Assembly: GCF_000012285.1 (NCBI RefSeq)
Contig: NC_007181.1
Span: 870,001-902,000 of the forward strand
Direction: 5' to 3'
DNA from: Sulfolobus acidocaldarius DSM 639
Lineage (GTDB): Archaea; Thermoproteota; Thermoprotei_A; Sulfolobales; Sulfolobaceae
Length of the DNA stretch: 32,000 nucleotides
Below, piece by piece: positions 18,299 through 25,849 of the stretch. The stretch's first letter is position 1. Every line of letters begins with the position of its first letter. A model generated the notes under the pieces. That model was given only the letters and a program-made list of their open reading frames with translations, did not search any database and was not told the origin of the DNA. Made by a program: the position numbers and the translations under genes.

Positions 18299-19285
18299 AT
18301 GTACAAAGTGGAATACCCATCTACCCAGGTCATATACGGCAAGGACGCCTTAGATTGGTTAGTCAATTTGAAGTCATCTAAGGTAGGAATAGTTACCACC
18401 AGAAGTCTATTGCAGGGTAAGACTCTTTCATTGGTGACTAAGTTAGTTAATGCAGATATAATAGAGGGTCCACGGCAGCACGTTCCAGAAGATGACGTAA
18501 ATGCATTAAAGGAAAAGGTAGGGAACTACGAGACTATCATAGGATTAGGGGGAGGAAGTATAATTGATGGTCTAAAGTTGGTTTTGGAGGAGAAAACTAA
18601 GTACATTGTAATTCCCACTACCTTATCTGGAGCTGAACACACTAAGAGTGGAGGCTATACAACACAAGGCTTGAAGAGGAGTAAGCTAGGAAAAGAGCCT
18701 GATATCGTAATACTCGACCCCAGGGCTACCCTTGAAACACCTAAATGGTTACTCGTATCATCTGCAGTGAGGTCAATTGATCACGCAGTTGAAGCCCTTT
18801 ATTCAAGGGATTCTACACCTTTTGTGGATTCTTTAGCCAAGGAAGGCTTTCACAAAATTGTAAATTGCCTCAGGGATATTGATTCTTTAGACAGTAGGTT
18901 AGAGTGCCAAATAGGAGTTTGGTTATCATCTCTCACCATGAGGTATGCGAGGATGGGCATGAGCCATATGTTTGGCTATGTTTTCGGACCCAGGTTTAAC
19001 ATTCCTCACGGTTACACTTCATGTATATCCCTTCCAGCAGCTGTCAAATTTAATTATGGGGCATCTAAGGAGAAACTGAAATCAATTGAAAAGAACGAAC
19101 CTCTGTACGAGTTTCTAGATAACTTCCTGAGGGAAATTGGTGTTAGAAAAAAGTTGTCTGAGTACACTAGTCTGGAGGAAGCCCTTAAGTATGCTGAAGT
19201 CTTTTCACAATTATCAAATAACAGTGGAAATCCCACTAAACTGTCCATAGATGATGCAAGGAAGTTCATTCAGGAAGTTTACTAA
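18299..19285 (+). CDS. iron-containing alcohol dehydrogenase family protein (maleylacetate-reductase-like)
   Basis: GLGGGSIIDGLK glycine-rich motif, IPTTLSGAE, and a His-rich C-terminal metal-site region (DHAVEALY, SHMFGY, PHGY). Confidence 0.75.
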   Translation: MYKVEYPSTQVIYGKDALDWLVNLKSSKVGIVTTRSLLQGKTLSLVTKLVNADIIEGPRQHVPEDDVNALKEKVGNYETIIGLGGGSIIDGLKLVLEEKTKYIVIPTTLSGAEHTKSGGYTTQGLKRSKLGKEPDIVILDPRATLETPKWLLVSSAVRSIDHAVEALYSRDSTPFVDSLAKEGFHKIVNCLRDIDSLDSRLECQIGVWLSSLTMRYARMGMSHMFGYVFGPRFNIPHGYTSCISLPAAVKFNYGASKEKLKSIEKNEPLYEFLDNFLREIGVRKKLSEYTSLEEALKYAEVFSQLSNNSGNPTKLSIDDARKFIQEVY

Positions 19286-19296
19286 CCATAATGCTC

Positions 19297-19302
19297 TTTT
19301 TT
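19297..19302 (+). terminator. oligo-T tract after the Fe-ADH gene
   Basis: GCTCTTTTTT lies 9-17 nt after stop TAA 19283-19285. Confidence 0.35.
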
Positions 19303-19452
19303 AGTAATTCTTAATAAAATTACCAAGTTTGTCCAGTTTTATTCATAAACATGATTAAATAAGTTTTAAACGCCTCTTATTGATTAAAAAACGTCAAAAT
19401 CACGTTAAAAATTTAATCTTACGTAATGTAAAAAATTTGTAATATTGTTAAC

Positions 19453-19824
19453 TCAAAATGAGTTAGAATTTCGAGTCATCTTTCCAACCATGGAATGTTT
19501 ACCCTTTCTTTTCTTGCTTATCCTGCCTGATTTTAGCCAATCCTTATACTTCGCCTTATTTTCCTTCCACATTTCATATGGTCTCCTGTAATCTGTAAAC
19601 ATCTTCTCATCAGCAATGACTATATAATCCTTTACAGGATAAACTTTTGCGTGAACTCCATAGTTTACATGGTAATCATAAGCAATGCCATAATAACCAA
19701 TAGATCTTTCATCAAGACACTCGTCAGGACAGTGAATCCAGCACGATTTACATTTAATACATGTGTCGAAGTTCACGGTAGGTCTCTCTGACTTTGTTGT
19801 TCCCCCAATATTCTTCCCTTGCAC
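19453..19824 (-). CDS. orphan ferredoxin-like protein (2-oxoacid:ferredoxin oxidoreductase delta-subunit-like) with a degenerate second cluster motif
   Basis: GTG start. The first motif CIKCKSCWIHCP is intact. The second reads HVNYGVHAKVYP where CxxCxxCxxxCP is expected. Lys/Arg-rich C-terminal tail. No OFOR alpha/beta genes nearby. Confidence 0.55.
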   Translation of the reverse strand: MQGKNIGGTTKSERPTVNFDTCIKCKSCWIHCPDECLDERSIGYYGIAYDYHVNYGVHAKVYPVKDYIVIADEKMFTDYRRPYEMWKENKAKYKDWLKSGRISKKRKGKHSMVGKMTRNSNSF

Positions 19825-19830
19825 AGAGAA

Positions 19831-20294
19831 GCTATGAGCATACTGGAGGACTCTGCTAAAAGGATAGGTAAGTGGGTTGTCGATATACTTAAATCACTAC
19901 GTGTTAATGCCATCTTCCTTGAGGATTTGAGCAAAATGATAAATAGAGTTAAGAGGTTGCCAATTGAGTTTAGGTATAAGTTGTATTTGATGTAACACCA
20001 TAGGATTCAGTACTGGGTTGAGTGGAAGTCTAGGAAGCACGGTCTGAAAGTTGTCTATGTCTACCCCAAGCATTCCTCAACTTATTGCCCTAAGTGTTAT
20101 AAAGTATGTGGGAAAAGCCTCTTATAGGTACGATTATTGTTTAAGCTATGGTTATGAAAATGACCGTGATGTAATCGCTACAGTGAATTTGTATGGGAAG
20201 GGTTCTCTGAGCTTTTTGATTGCCTCTTATATAAGAGAGGTAAGCCCGAATCTGTAGGGGGAAACCTCACCATTTATGGCGGGAAAAATTCAGC
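19831..20294 (+). mobile_element. tnpB: IS200/IS605-family tnpB 3' remnant plus right-end module (non-functional)
   Basis: Translation gives ..NAIFLEDLSKMINRVKRLPIEFRYKLYLM[TAA 19993-19995][34 protein letters not shown].. and, after a frameshift, [27 protein letters not shown]. This is the RuvC-II / Zn-ribbon / RuvC-III layout of the TnpB C-terminal third. The N-terminal two thirds are absent. Confidence 0.65.
20257..20294 (+). repeat. terminal motif copy A (tnpB right-end module)
   Basis: GGGGGAAACCTCACCATTTATGGCGGGAAAAATTCAGC. Related to copies at 21394-21423 and 23159-23197. It ends 1 nt before the helicase stop codon. Confidence 0.55.
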
Positions 20295-20295
20295 A

Positions 20296-21342
20296 TTACT
20301 CGACTATTTTAGCGCTGATTAAGTCCTTAATTCGTTTTATAATGTTACTCTCGTCAAAGGTGTAAAACGTTATTGCCTTACCTCTTCTGCCCATTCTCCC
20401 AGTTCTCCCAACCCTATGTATATATGTCTCAATGTCTCTTGGAGCGTCAAAATTAATTATTATATTTACATCGACTACGTCTATTCCCCTCGAGGCTAAA
20501 TCAGTTGCCACCAGTATGTTATATTTACCGTTCTTAAAGCCATAAAAGTTCTTCATCCTCACTGACTGTGGCATATCTCCACTCAGCAAGCCGTTCCTTA
20601 TCCCCTTGTTTTCCAGAAGGTAATGTAACCTCTTGGCTCTCTCCCTGGTTCTAGTGAAGACTATTATCTTATCTTTTCCATTTATCTCATCCAGTAGTTT
20701 AGTTACCTTATCAGTCCAGTCATTTCTAGCTCTTATGAACTCATGCTGTACTTCCTCTACAGGTTTGTACTCATCTAGTACTATTTTCTCCGCATCGGGT
20801 GAGAACTCTGTCGCCAGTTCGGCGATCTTCTCTGGTATGGTTGCTGAAAATAGACCTACTATTTCAGGCTTTGAGTTATTCAATATCATTCTTATGTCGT
20901 CAATAAATCCCATATCAAGCATCCTGTCAGCCTCATCAATTATGACTACCTCAAATTTCGAAAAGTCAATTTCTTCCTTACTCCACAAATCCAATAATCT
21001 ACCAGGAGTACCTATAACTATCCTAGCCTGTTTTTGTCCTTCATACTTCACTCCTCCTATAACAAGACTGAAATCAACCTGCTTGTATTTACCTAACTTT
21101 CTGAGTTCATCAAGTATCTGAGATGCTAGCTCTCTGGTAGGAGAGAGAATCAAGGCTGTCTTCCCGCTCTCTAAGATAGGAATTAAGTAGGAGGCTGTTT
21201 TACCAGATCCTGTCTTTGCTTGGACTATTACGCTTTTTCCACCAAGAAGCCTAGGAATTACTTCCTGTTGAACCCTTGTAGGTCTTTCATAATTAGCGTC
21301 ACTCAATGCATTCCTCATTTCAATACTTAGATTTTCGAACAT
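20296..21342 (-). CDS. DEAD-box ATP-dependent RNA helicase (minimal two-RecA core)
   Basis: Q-motif region PTRVQ, motif I AKTGSGKT, Ia PTRELA, II DEAD, III SAT, VI HRVGRTGR. Confidence 0.9.
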   Translation of the reverse strand: MFENLSIEMRNALSDANYERPTRVQQEVIPRLLGGKSVIVQAKTGSGKTASYLIPILESGKTALILSPTRELASQILDELRKLGKYKQVDFSLVIGGVKYEGQKQARIVIGTPGRLLDLWSKEEIDFSKFEVVIIDEADRMLDMGFIDDIRMILNNSKPEIVGLFSATIPEKIAELATEFSPDAEKIVLDEYKPVEEVQHEFIRARNDWTDKVTKLLDEINGKDKIIVFTRTRERAKRLHYLLENKGIRNGLLSGDMPQSVRMKNFYGFKNGKYNILVATDLASRGIDVVDVNIIINFDAPRDIETYIHRVGRTGRMGRRGKAITFYTFDESNIIKRIKDLISAKIVE

Positions 21343-21354
21343 AACAGTGTTACT

Positions 21355-21423
21355 GGAATATTGACACTAATAAAGTTGAGTGAATTGTAAAATGAGGGAA
21401 GCCTCACCCTTTGGGAAGTCAGC
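21355..21423 (+). repeat. short tnpB 3'-end/right-end remnant, copy B
   Basis: GGAATATTGACACTAATAAAGTTGAGTGAATTGTAAAATGAGGGAAGCCTCACCCTTTGGGAAGTCAGC. It aligns with 23091-23197 (with internal deletions) and with the RuvC-III coding part and terminal motif of 20150-20294. Confidence 0.5.
21367..21375 (-). promoter_or_regulatory. TATA-like box for the DEAD-box helicase gene, inside remnant copy B
   Basis: Minus-strand CTTTATTAG is centred about 29 nt upstream of ATG 21342. Confidence 0.35.
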
Positions 21424-21532
21424 TAAAGGTAACATCAAAATAGAACGATATGATAGCCTCCATAATTCATCTATCCATGTATCTTCCAACAAAAATGTTA
21501 TTCTTTAAATTCCATAGTTCATAAATAGATTT

Positions 21533-21871
21533 ATGACCTCTTCGCCATCAGACCATTTAGCTAACGAGAGGACCTTTCTTGCGTGGATAAGAACAGGAAT
21601 TGCATTAATAGGTTTCGGTTTTGTGATAGCAAGATTTGCATTATTCCTTGAAGTATTAAGGGGAGGTAGGACAACTGGATCGTCAGTTATTTATGGCGAG
21701 ATCATGATAGTTTTGGGCGGAATAATGATAGCTTATGGTACTTACAACTACCTTAGAAACGAAAGGGATCTGAAAAACAACACATTTACACCAAGGACAA
21801 CTGAGAATACTATTTTTGCAACATTTGTGCTTCTCATCGCCATAATACTTGCGTTAATAATAATAGCCTGA
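21533..21871 (+). CDS. DUF202 (YidH-like) membrane protein
   Basis: [27 protein letters not shown] is the DUF202 signature. Three TM helices. Confidence 0.7.
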   Translation: MTSSPSDHLANERTFLAWIRTGIALIGFGFVIARFALFLEVLRGGRTTGSSVIYGEIMIVLGGIMIAYGTYNYLRNERDLKNNTFTPRTTENTIFATFVLLIAIILALIIIA

Positions 21872-21969
21872 TAAACGATTTAAGGTTACTTTATCTTTTC
21901 GTCTAGTGGTTCCTTATATTCCGTAAGTTAACCTGACCAATTATTGGTATGTCGTAATAGAGAATTAAG

Positions 21970-22830
21970 CTATTTTCCCTTCCTACTATTTAACGATAAA
22001 TATACTCCTACAAGTATGAGAATTAAGCCTATTATCTCAGGTACGTTGGGAACAACTTTCAAGATTAAGATGCTTGTCAAGTACGCGATAACTGGAACCA
22101 ATAGAGAACCTGTACTAGCACTTACACTCCCAAGATCCCTTACCGCATTAAACCAGAAGTAAAATCCGGCTACCTGTGCTATTAATGCCAGGATAATCAG
22201 AAGGACAACGCTGGTCACATTAAAGTCAAAGTAGTAATCTAATGGAGTTAAGGATGACAAGAAGGGAATCGAGATCAGTGACATAAAGGCATTAAGTTTG
22301 ATTACATTGTCTTTCGACAAGTTCCTATAGTAGTAGACAGTTCCTATAGCCCACGATAAAGAGCCCATTATTCCAAATAATAAACCAATGTTGAAGGACA
22401 GCGTTGCCGAAATGAGTACCCCTAGCACCCCTATTACCACACCTGACATCCCCCTTAAGCTAATTTTACTGCCCAGAATTAGTTCTATAACTAATACAAA
22501 AATAGGCTGTGTGTAGATCATAGTGGCTACTAGACCTGGACTTGGGGATAAATATATTCCTACATTAACCAAGGCAAGTAAAATGATTACGTTGAATAAG
22601 GCATTTACGAATTGCTTAATTCCTATAGAGAAGCCTCTTCCTAAAAAGTAAAAAAATAGGGTACCTACTATCACTCTTGCCACACTGACCAGTATTGGGG
22701 AAACAGAAAATGTCACTACTTTTGTGAGAGGATATGCAATTCCCCAGGCTAAGGACAATGGTATAATCCACTTGAAAAAAGTTATAGTATCTCTCTGCAT
22801 CACAGAACCAGTGAAATCCTTTGAATACAT
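21970..22830 (-). CDS. EamA/DMT-superfamily transporter
   Basis: 286 aa with about 10 TM helices arranged as two similar halves, typical of EamA-domain proteins. Confidence 0.7.
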   Translation of the reverse strand: MYSKDFTGSVMQRDTITFFKWIIPLSLAWGIAYPLTKVVTFSVSPILVSVARVIVGTLFFYFLGRGFSIGIKQFVNALFNVIILLALVNVGIYLSPSPGLVATMIYTQPIFVLVIELILGSKISLRGMSGVVIGVLGVLISATLSFNIGLLFGIMGSLSWAIGTVYYYRNLSKDNVIKLNAFMSLISIPFLSSLTPLDYYFDFNVTSVVLLIILALIAQVAGFYFWFNAVRDLGSVSASTGSLLVPVIAYLTSILILKVVPNVPEIIGLILILVGVYLSLNSRKGK

Positions 22831-22902
22831 TGGATAAAAATCTATTTATGATGGTTTCACTAATCAGAATTTAAGTAAACTATTTAGGAGGAGGAAAAAG
22901 GT

Positions 22903-23157
22903 TTGCAATCCATTGTGAGATTTTCTCATGATAATTCCACGTATATAATTGAGGATTCTGGAATTATATCACGGGTTTATGGTCAAGAAAAGTTCCATAT
23001 CCTAGTGGTAGATAAGATAGATCATCATAAAATAAAAGTAGCTGTTGAAAATGGGTATAAGTTATTTGAGTGCGCCGAAATAAACGATAAGGAAAATTGT
23101 CTAATAAAGATTTTACACGCATTATATCCTGAATGTAAAACTTGTAAGTTTACATGA
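22903..23157 (+). CDS. 84-aa ORF, probably a miniaturised tnpB-derived remnant rather than a conventional gene
   Basis: TTG start after AGGAGGAGG. STYIIEDSGIISRV..IDHHKIKVAVENGYKL..INDKENCLIKIL aligns with [47 protein letters not shown] of the remnant at 19831-20257. It is followed directly by terminal motif copy C. Confidence 0.35.
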   Translation: MQSIVRFSHDNSTYIIEDSGIISRVYGQEKFHILVVDKIDHHKIKVAVENGYKLFECAEINDKENCLIKILHALYPECKTCKFT

Positions 23158-23158
23158 T

Positions 23159-23197
23159 GAGGAAAGCCTCGCTATTTGTGTAAGGGGAGAAGTCAGC
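23159..23197 (+). repeat. terminal motif copy C (tnpB right-end module)
   Basis: GAGGAAAGCCTCGCTATTTGTGTAAGGGGAGAAGTCAGC, starting 2 nt after the 84-aa ORF stop. Confidence 0.55.
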
Positions 23198-23414
23198 TGA
23201 CATAAAAACGGACTGTTTCCACACTGCCTTTCTATTTGAAAATATCATTAAAGCCAATTTAACTTCATAGGTAGGTGTAAACATTGCATTTTGTTTCAGG
23301 CTCAGTTTAGCCATTTTGTTCGTGTAAGATAGTTTGTTAACCTTTAGTTAGTTTTCCACTTTTCCTCCCTAGCAAACATAATTCTTAATTTTCAGCCATT
23401 ACAGAGTTATTAGC

Positions 23415-24239
23415 ATGTACATAGAGTCCATTGAGAGGGAATTATCCAGTGAATATCTAGTTTACAGTGACCTGAAGCTCGACAGAGCTTATGTTACTGG
23501 TGCAGGGGATTCGTATGCAGTTGCTCTAACAGTTGAGGGTAAGACAAATGGGAGATTTAGGGCGATAGATCCCTATGAGGCGTTAGCGTATAACAGGCTG
23601 GAATACCCTTTAGTGATCGTATCGGTCTCAGGAAAACCTAAAAGCAATATTAGATTAGCGGAGAAGTTTAAGGGAAAGACTAAGATATATGTAGTCACTG
23701 CTAATGAAGAGTCTATTCTAGCCAAACTAGGAGACTATGTTATTACTATTCCATATCGCTCGAAACAGGTGGTACCAGGAACTCTGTCTTTTCTCATGAG
23801 TCTAAGTGCAGTATACTCATTAGCAGGAGAAGAAGTTGCCAGGAACGAGATAAATGAGACTGTAGATCTCTCAGATAGTCCGTTCTTTGTAGGTTATAGG
23901 GAAAATTATGGTATAGCATATTATGGAATGTTAAAGTTTTCAGAGATTTTTGGCTATTCAGCTAATGCCGAGAGACTAGAACAGTTCCTTCACTCACCTA
24001 TTTTTTCAACAAAAGGAAGAGAAATAGTTCTATTGAGTAGTGGTGACAGCAGAGAGGATATTCTAGTAAATCTAGTGAATTACACTAAAATAGCGAAAAC
24101 TCCTTGTTCTGATGCCTTTTGTAACGCTAAAGTTCTACTTAGATCAATAGTACAGAAAATGAAGCGAGAAAATTGGGACAGGGTATATTTCTTAGAAACT
24201 AAAAATATATTAGATATAAGCTCGAAAATGATATATTGA
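23415..24239 (+). CDS. SIS (sugar isomerase) domain protein
   Basis: VTGAGDSYAVAL and VIVSVSGKPKSNI match the SIS phosphosugar-binding pattern, arranged as two SIS-like halves. Confidence 0.6.
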   Translation: MYIESIERELSSEYLVYSDLKLDRAYVTGAGDSYAVALTVEGKTNGRFRAIDPYEALAYNRLEYPLVIVSVSGKPKSNIRLAEKFKGKTKIYVVTANEESILAKLGDYVITIPYRSKQVVPGTLSFLMSLSAVYSLAGEEVARNEINETVDLSDSPFFVGYRENYGIAYYGMLKFSEIFGYSANAERLEQFLHSPIFSTKGREIVLLSSGDSREDILVNLVNYTKIAKTPCSDAFCNAKVLLRSIVQKMKRENWDRVYFLETKNILDISSKMIY

Positions 24240-24245
24240 TAGGAT

Positions 24246-24491
24246 ATGGAGAGCCTTGATTTAACCACTGATGTGGAGAAAGGTACCTGTGAGTCTGGTT
24301 CTACATATATGAGCTTACTCAGGTTTTGGCTTGAAGTAGGTGGAAATAAGGAAGTAAAAGTGATAGCTTGGAAAGGAAGACAAGAGGGTCAAGTCGATAA
24401 TTGGGTGAGCCAGATGGCAGATAAGGGAGTAAAGATAGTCGATAAAAAGATAAACAGTGAAAAAGTCACCTACATAATATATCTTTCATAA
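24246..24491 (+). CDS. hypothetical small protein (possibly a TusA/SirA-like fold lacking the CPxP motif)
   Basis: 81 aa, starting 6 nt after the SIS gene. The alpha/beta pattern with a single Cys context GTCESG is only loosely TusA-like. Confidence 0.4.
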   Translation: MESLDLTTDVEKGTCESGSTYMSLLRFWLEVGGNKEVKVIAWKGRQEGQVDNWVSQMADKGVKIVDKKINSEKVTYIIYLS

Positions 24492-24784
24492 AAAAACTCT
24501 ACTTTCAATCACTATTCTCGATTTCTAGCATTTCTATAATATCACTTACTTTCACAGCTCCTATCTTTCAGATGTTTGAAATACGTCCTTATAGTCGGAG
24601 ATAAACTATTTACTTCTTAAAAAATAGTCTAGATGTAAATCAATATTCAAGTGTTATTAGAGGTTCCTACAGACAATAACTCTCTCTTTACGTATTTAAA
24701 TAGCCTCTTAGTTTTAGCATTTTTAAAGGTTAGTCATAAGGAGATTAACGATATAATTTATGTAACACTTAGAATTATTCACTG

Positions 24785-25654
24785 TTGAGAGTAGGTTACG
24801 TATCCACAAATTACTCTTTAGGTTGTAAAGCGGATAAAACAATAAAACTTTCTTCTTTGTCGGAAGAGAGAGTGCTTAAAGTCTCTTCCTCAAATTTACT
24901 TTGCCTTAAAAATATATTGGAATGGAATCTGAAACATGAAATACTTTTCTTCAGGATAAGCTCTAATACTATACCACTGGCTTCACACCCCAAATTCCAT
25001 GTGAATTGGAAGGATAAGCTTTCTCACATCCTGGGAGATATAGGGGACTTCATAAAGGAAAACTCAATAAGAATCTCCATGCATCCGGGTCAATATGTGG
25101 TTTTAAATTCTGTCAGGGAAGAAGTGGTGAGGTCAAGTATTATGGAATTAAAGTATCATGCTGACCTGTTGGACTCCATGGGTATTGAAGGCAAAATTCA
25201 AATTCATGTAGGAAGTTCTATGAATGGTAAAGAGGAAAGTCTTAACAGATTCATAGAGAATTTTCGTAAGTTACCTTCAAACATAAGTAAAAGACTAGTA
25301 ATTGAAAATGACGACAAGGTGTTCAGCGTAAAGGACTGTCTATGGATAAGCGAAAGGACAGGTATTCCTGTAATTTTTGACAATCTTCATCACTCCATTC
25401 TTAATAATGGAGAAAGTCTGAATGATGCACTAAGTCTAGTGAGGAGGACTTGGAAGGATAGACCTATGATAGATTACAGTGAACAGGAGCCAGGAGAAAA
25501 ACCTGGAGTCCATGCCACCACAATCAATGAGGAGAATTTCAGAAGATTCGTGAACGAGGTGGACGAAGTGGATATCATGCTTGAGGTGAAGGATAAGGAG
25601 ATAAGTGCACTAAAGGCTGTGAAAGTGTTAAAGGAGTTAAACAAACTGGATTAG
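24785..25654 (+). CDS. uvdE: UV damage endonuclease
   Basis: TTG start about 24 nt after TATA-like ATATAATTTA. RVGYVSTNYSLGC, LEWNLKHEILFFRISSNTIPLASHP, RISMHPGQY, IQIHVGS, ENDD and FDNLHH match the UvdE TIM-barrel family as I recall it. Confidence 0.8.
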   Translation: MRVGYVSTNYSLGCKADKTIKLSSLSEERVLKVSSSNLLCLKNILEWNLKHEILFFRISSNTIPLASHPKFHVNWKDKLSHILGDIGDFIKENSIRISMHPGQYVVLNSVREEVVRSSIMELKYHADLLDSMGIEGKIQIHVGSSMNGKEESLNRFIENFRKLPSNISKRLVIENDDKVFSVKDCLWISERTGIPVIFDNLHHSILNNGESLNDALSLVRRTWKDRPMIDYSEQEPGEKPGVHATTINEENFRRFVNEVDEVDIMLEVKDKEISALKAVKVLKELNKLD

Positions 25655-25849
25655 AGGATTTATTAAGGTGAATCAGTTTATTAAAAGAGATATACACTCC
25701 ATAGTCTCTCTATCGTGTTTGCTACTTTCTTCACAGATCTGATGGATGAATTAAACTATGATGATAATGTTGGGTTCCTATCGTATCGAAGTGTAAATAG
25801 AGGTTTTTATAATGTGGTAAAAAAGAGTTGGTTCAATTTAGGACAGAAA

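Noticed and set aside
23150-23314. 54-aa minus-strand ORF spanning motif copy C (..SADFSPYTNSEAFLIM*). There is a vaguely similar minus-strand peptide over copy B (LADFPKGEASLIL).
   Set aside because: Copy A does not keep the frame, the conservation is better explained at nucleotide level, and there are no motifs and no good promoter.
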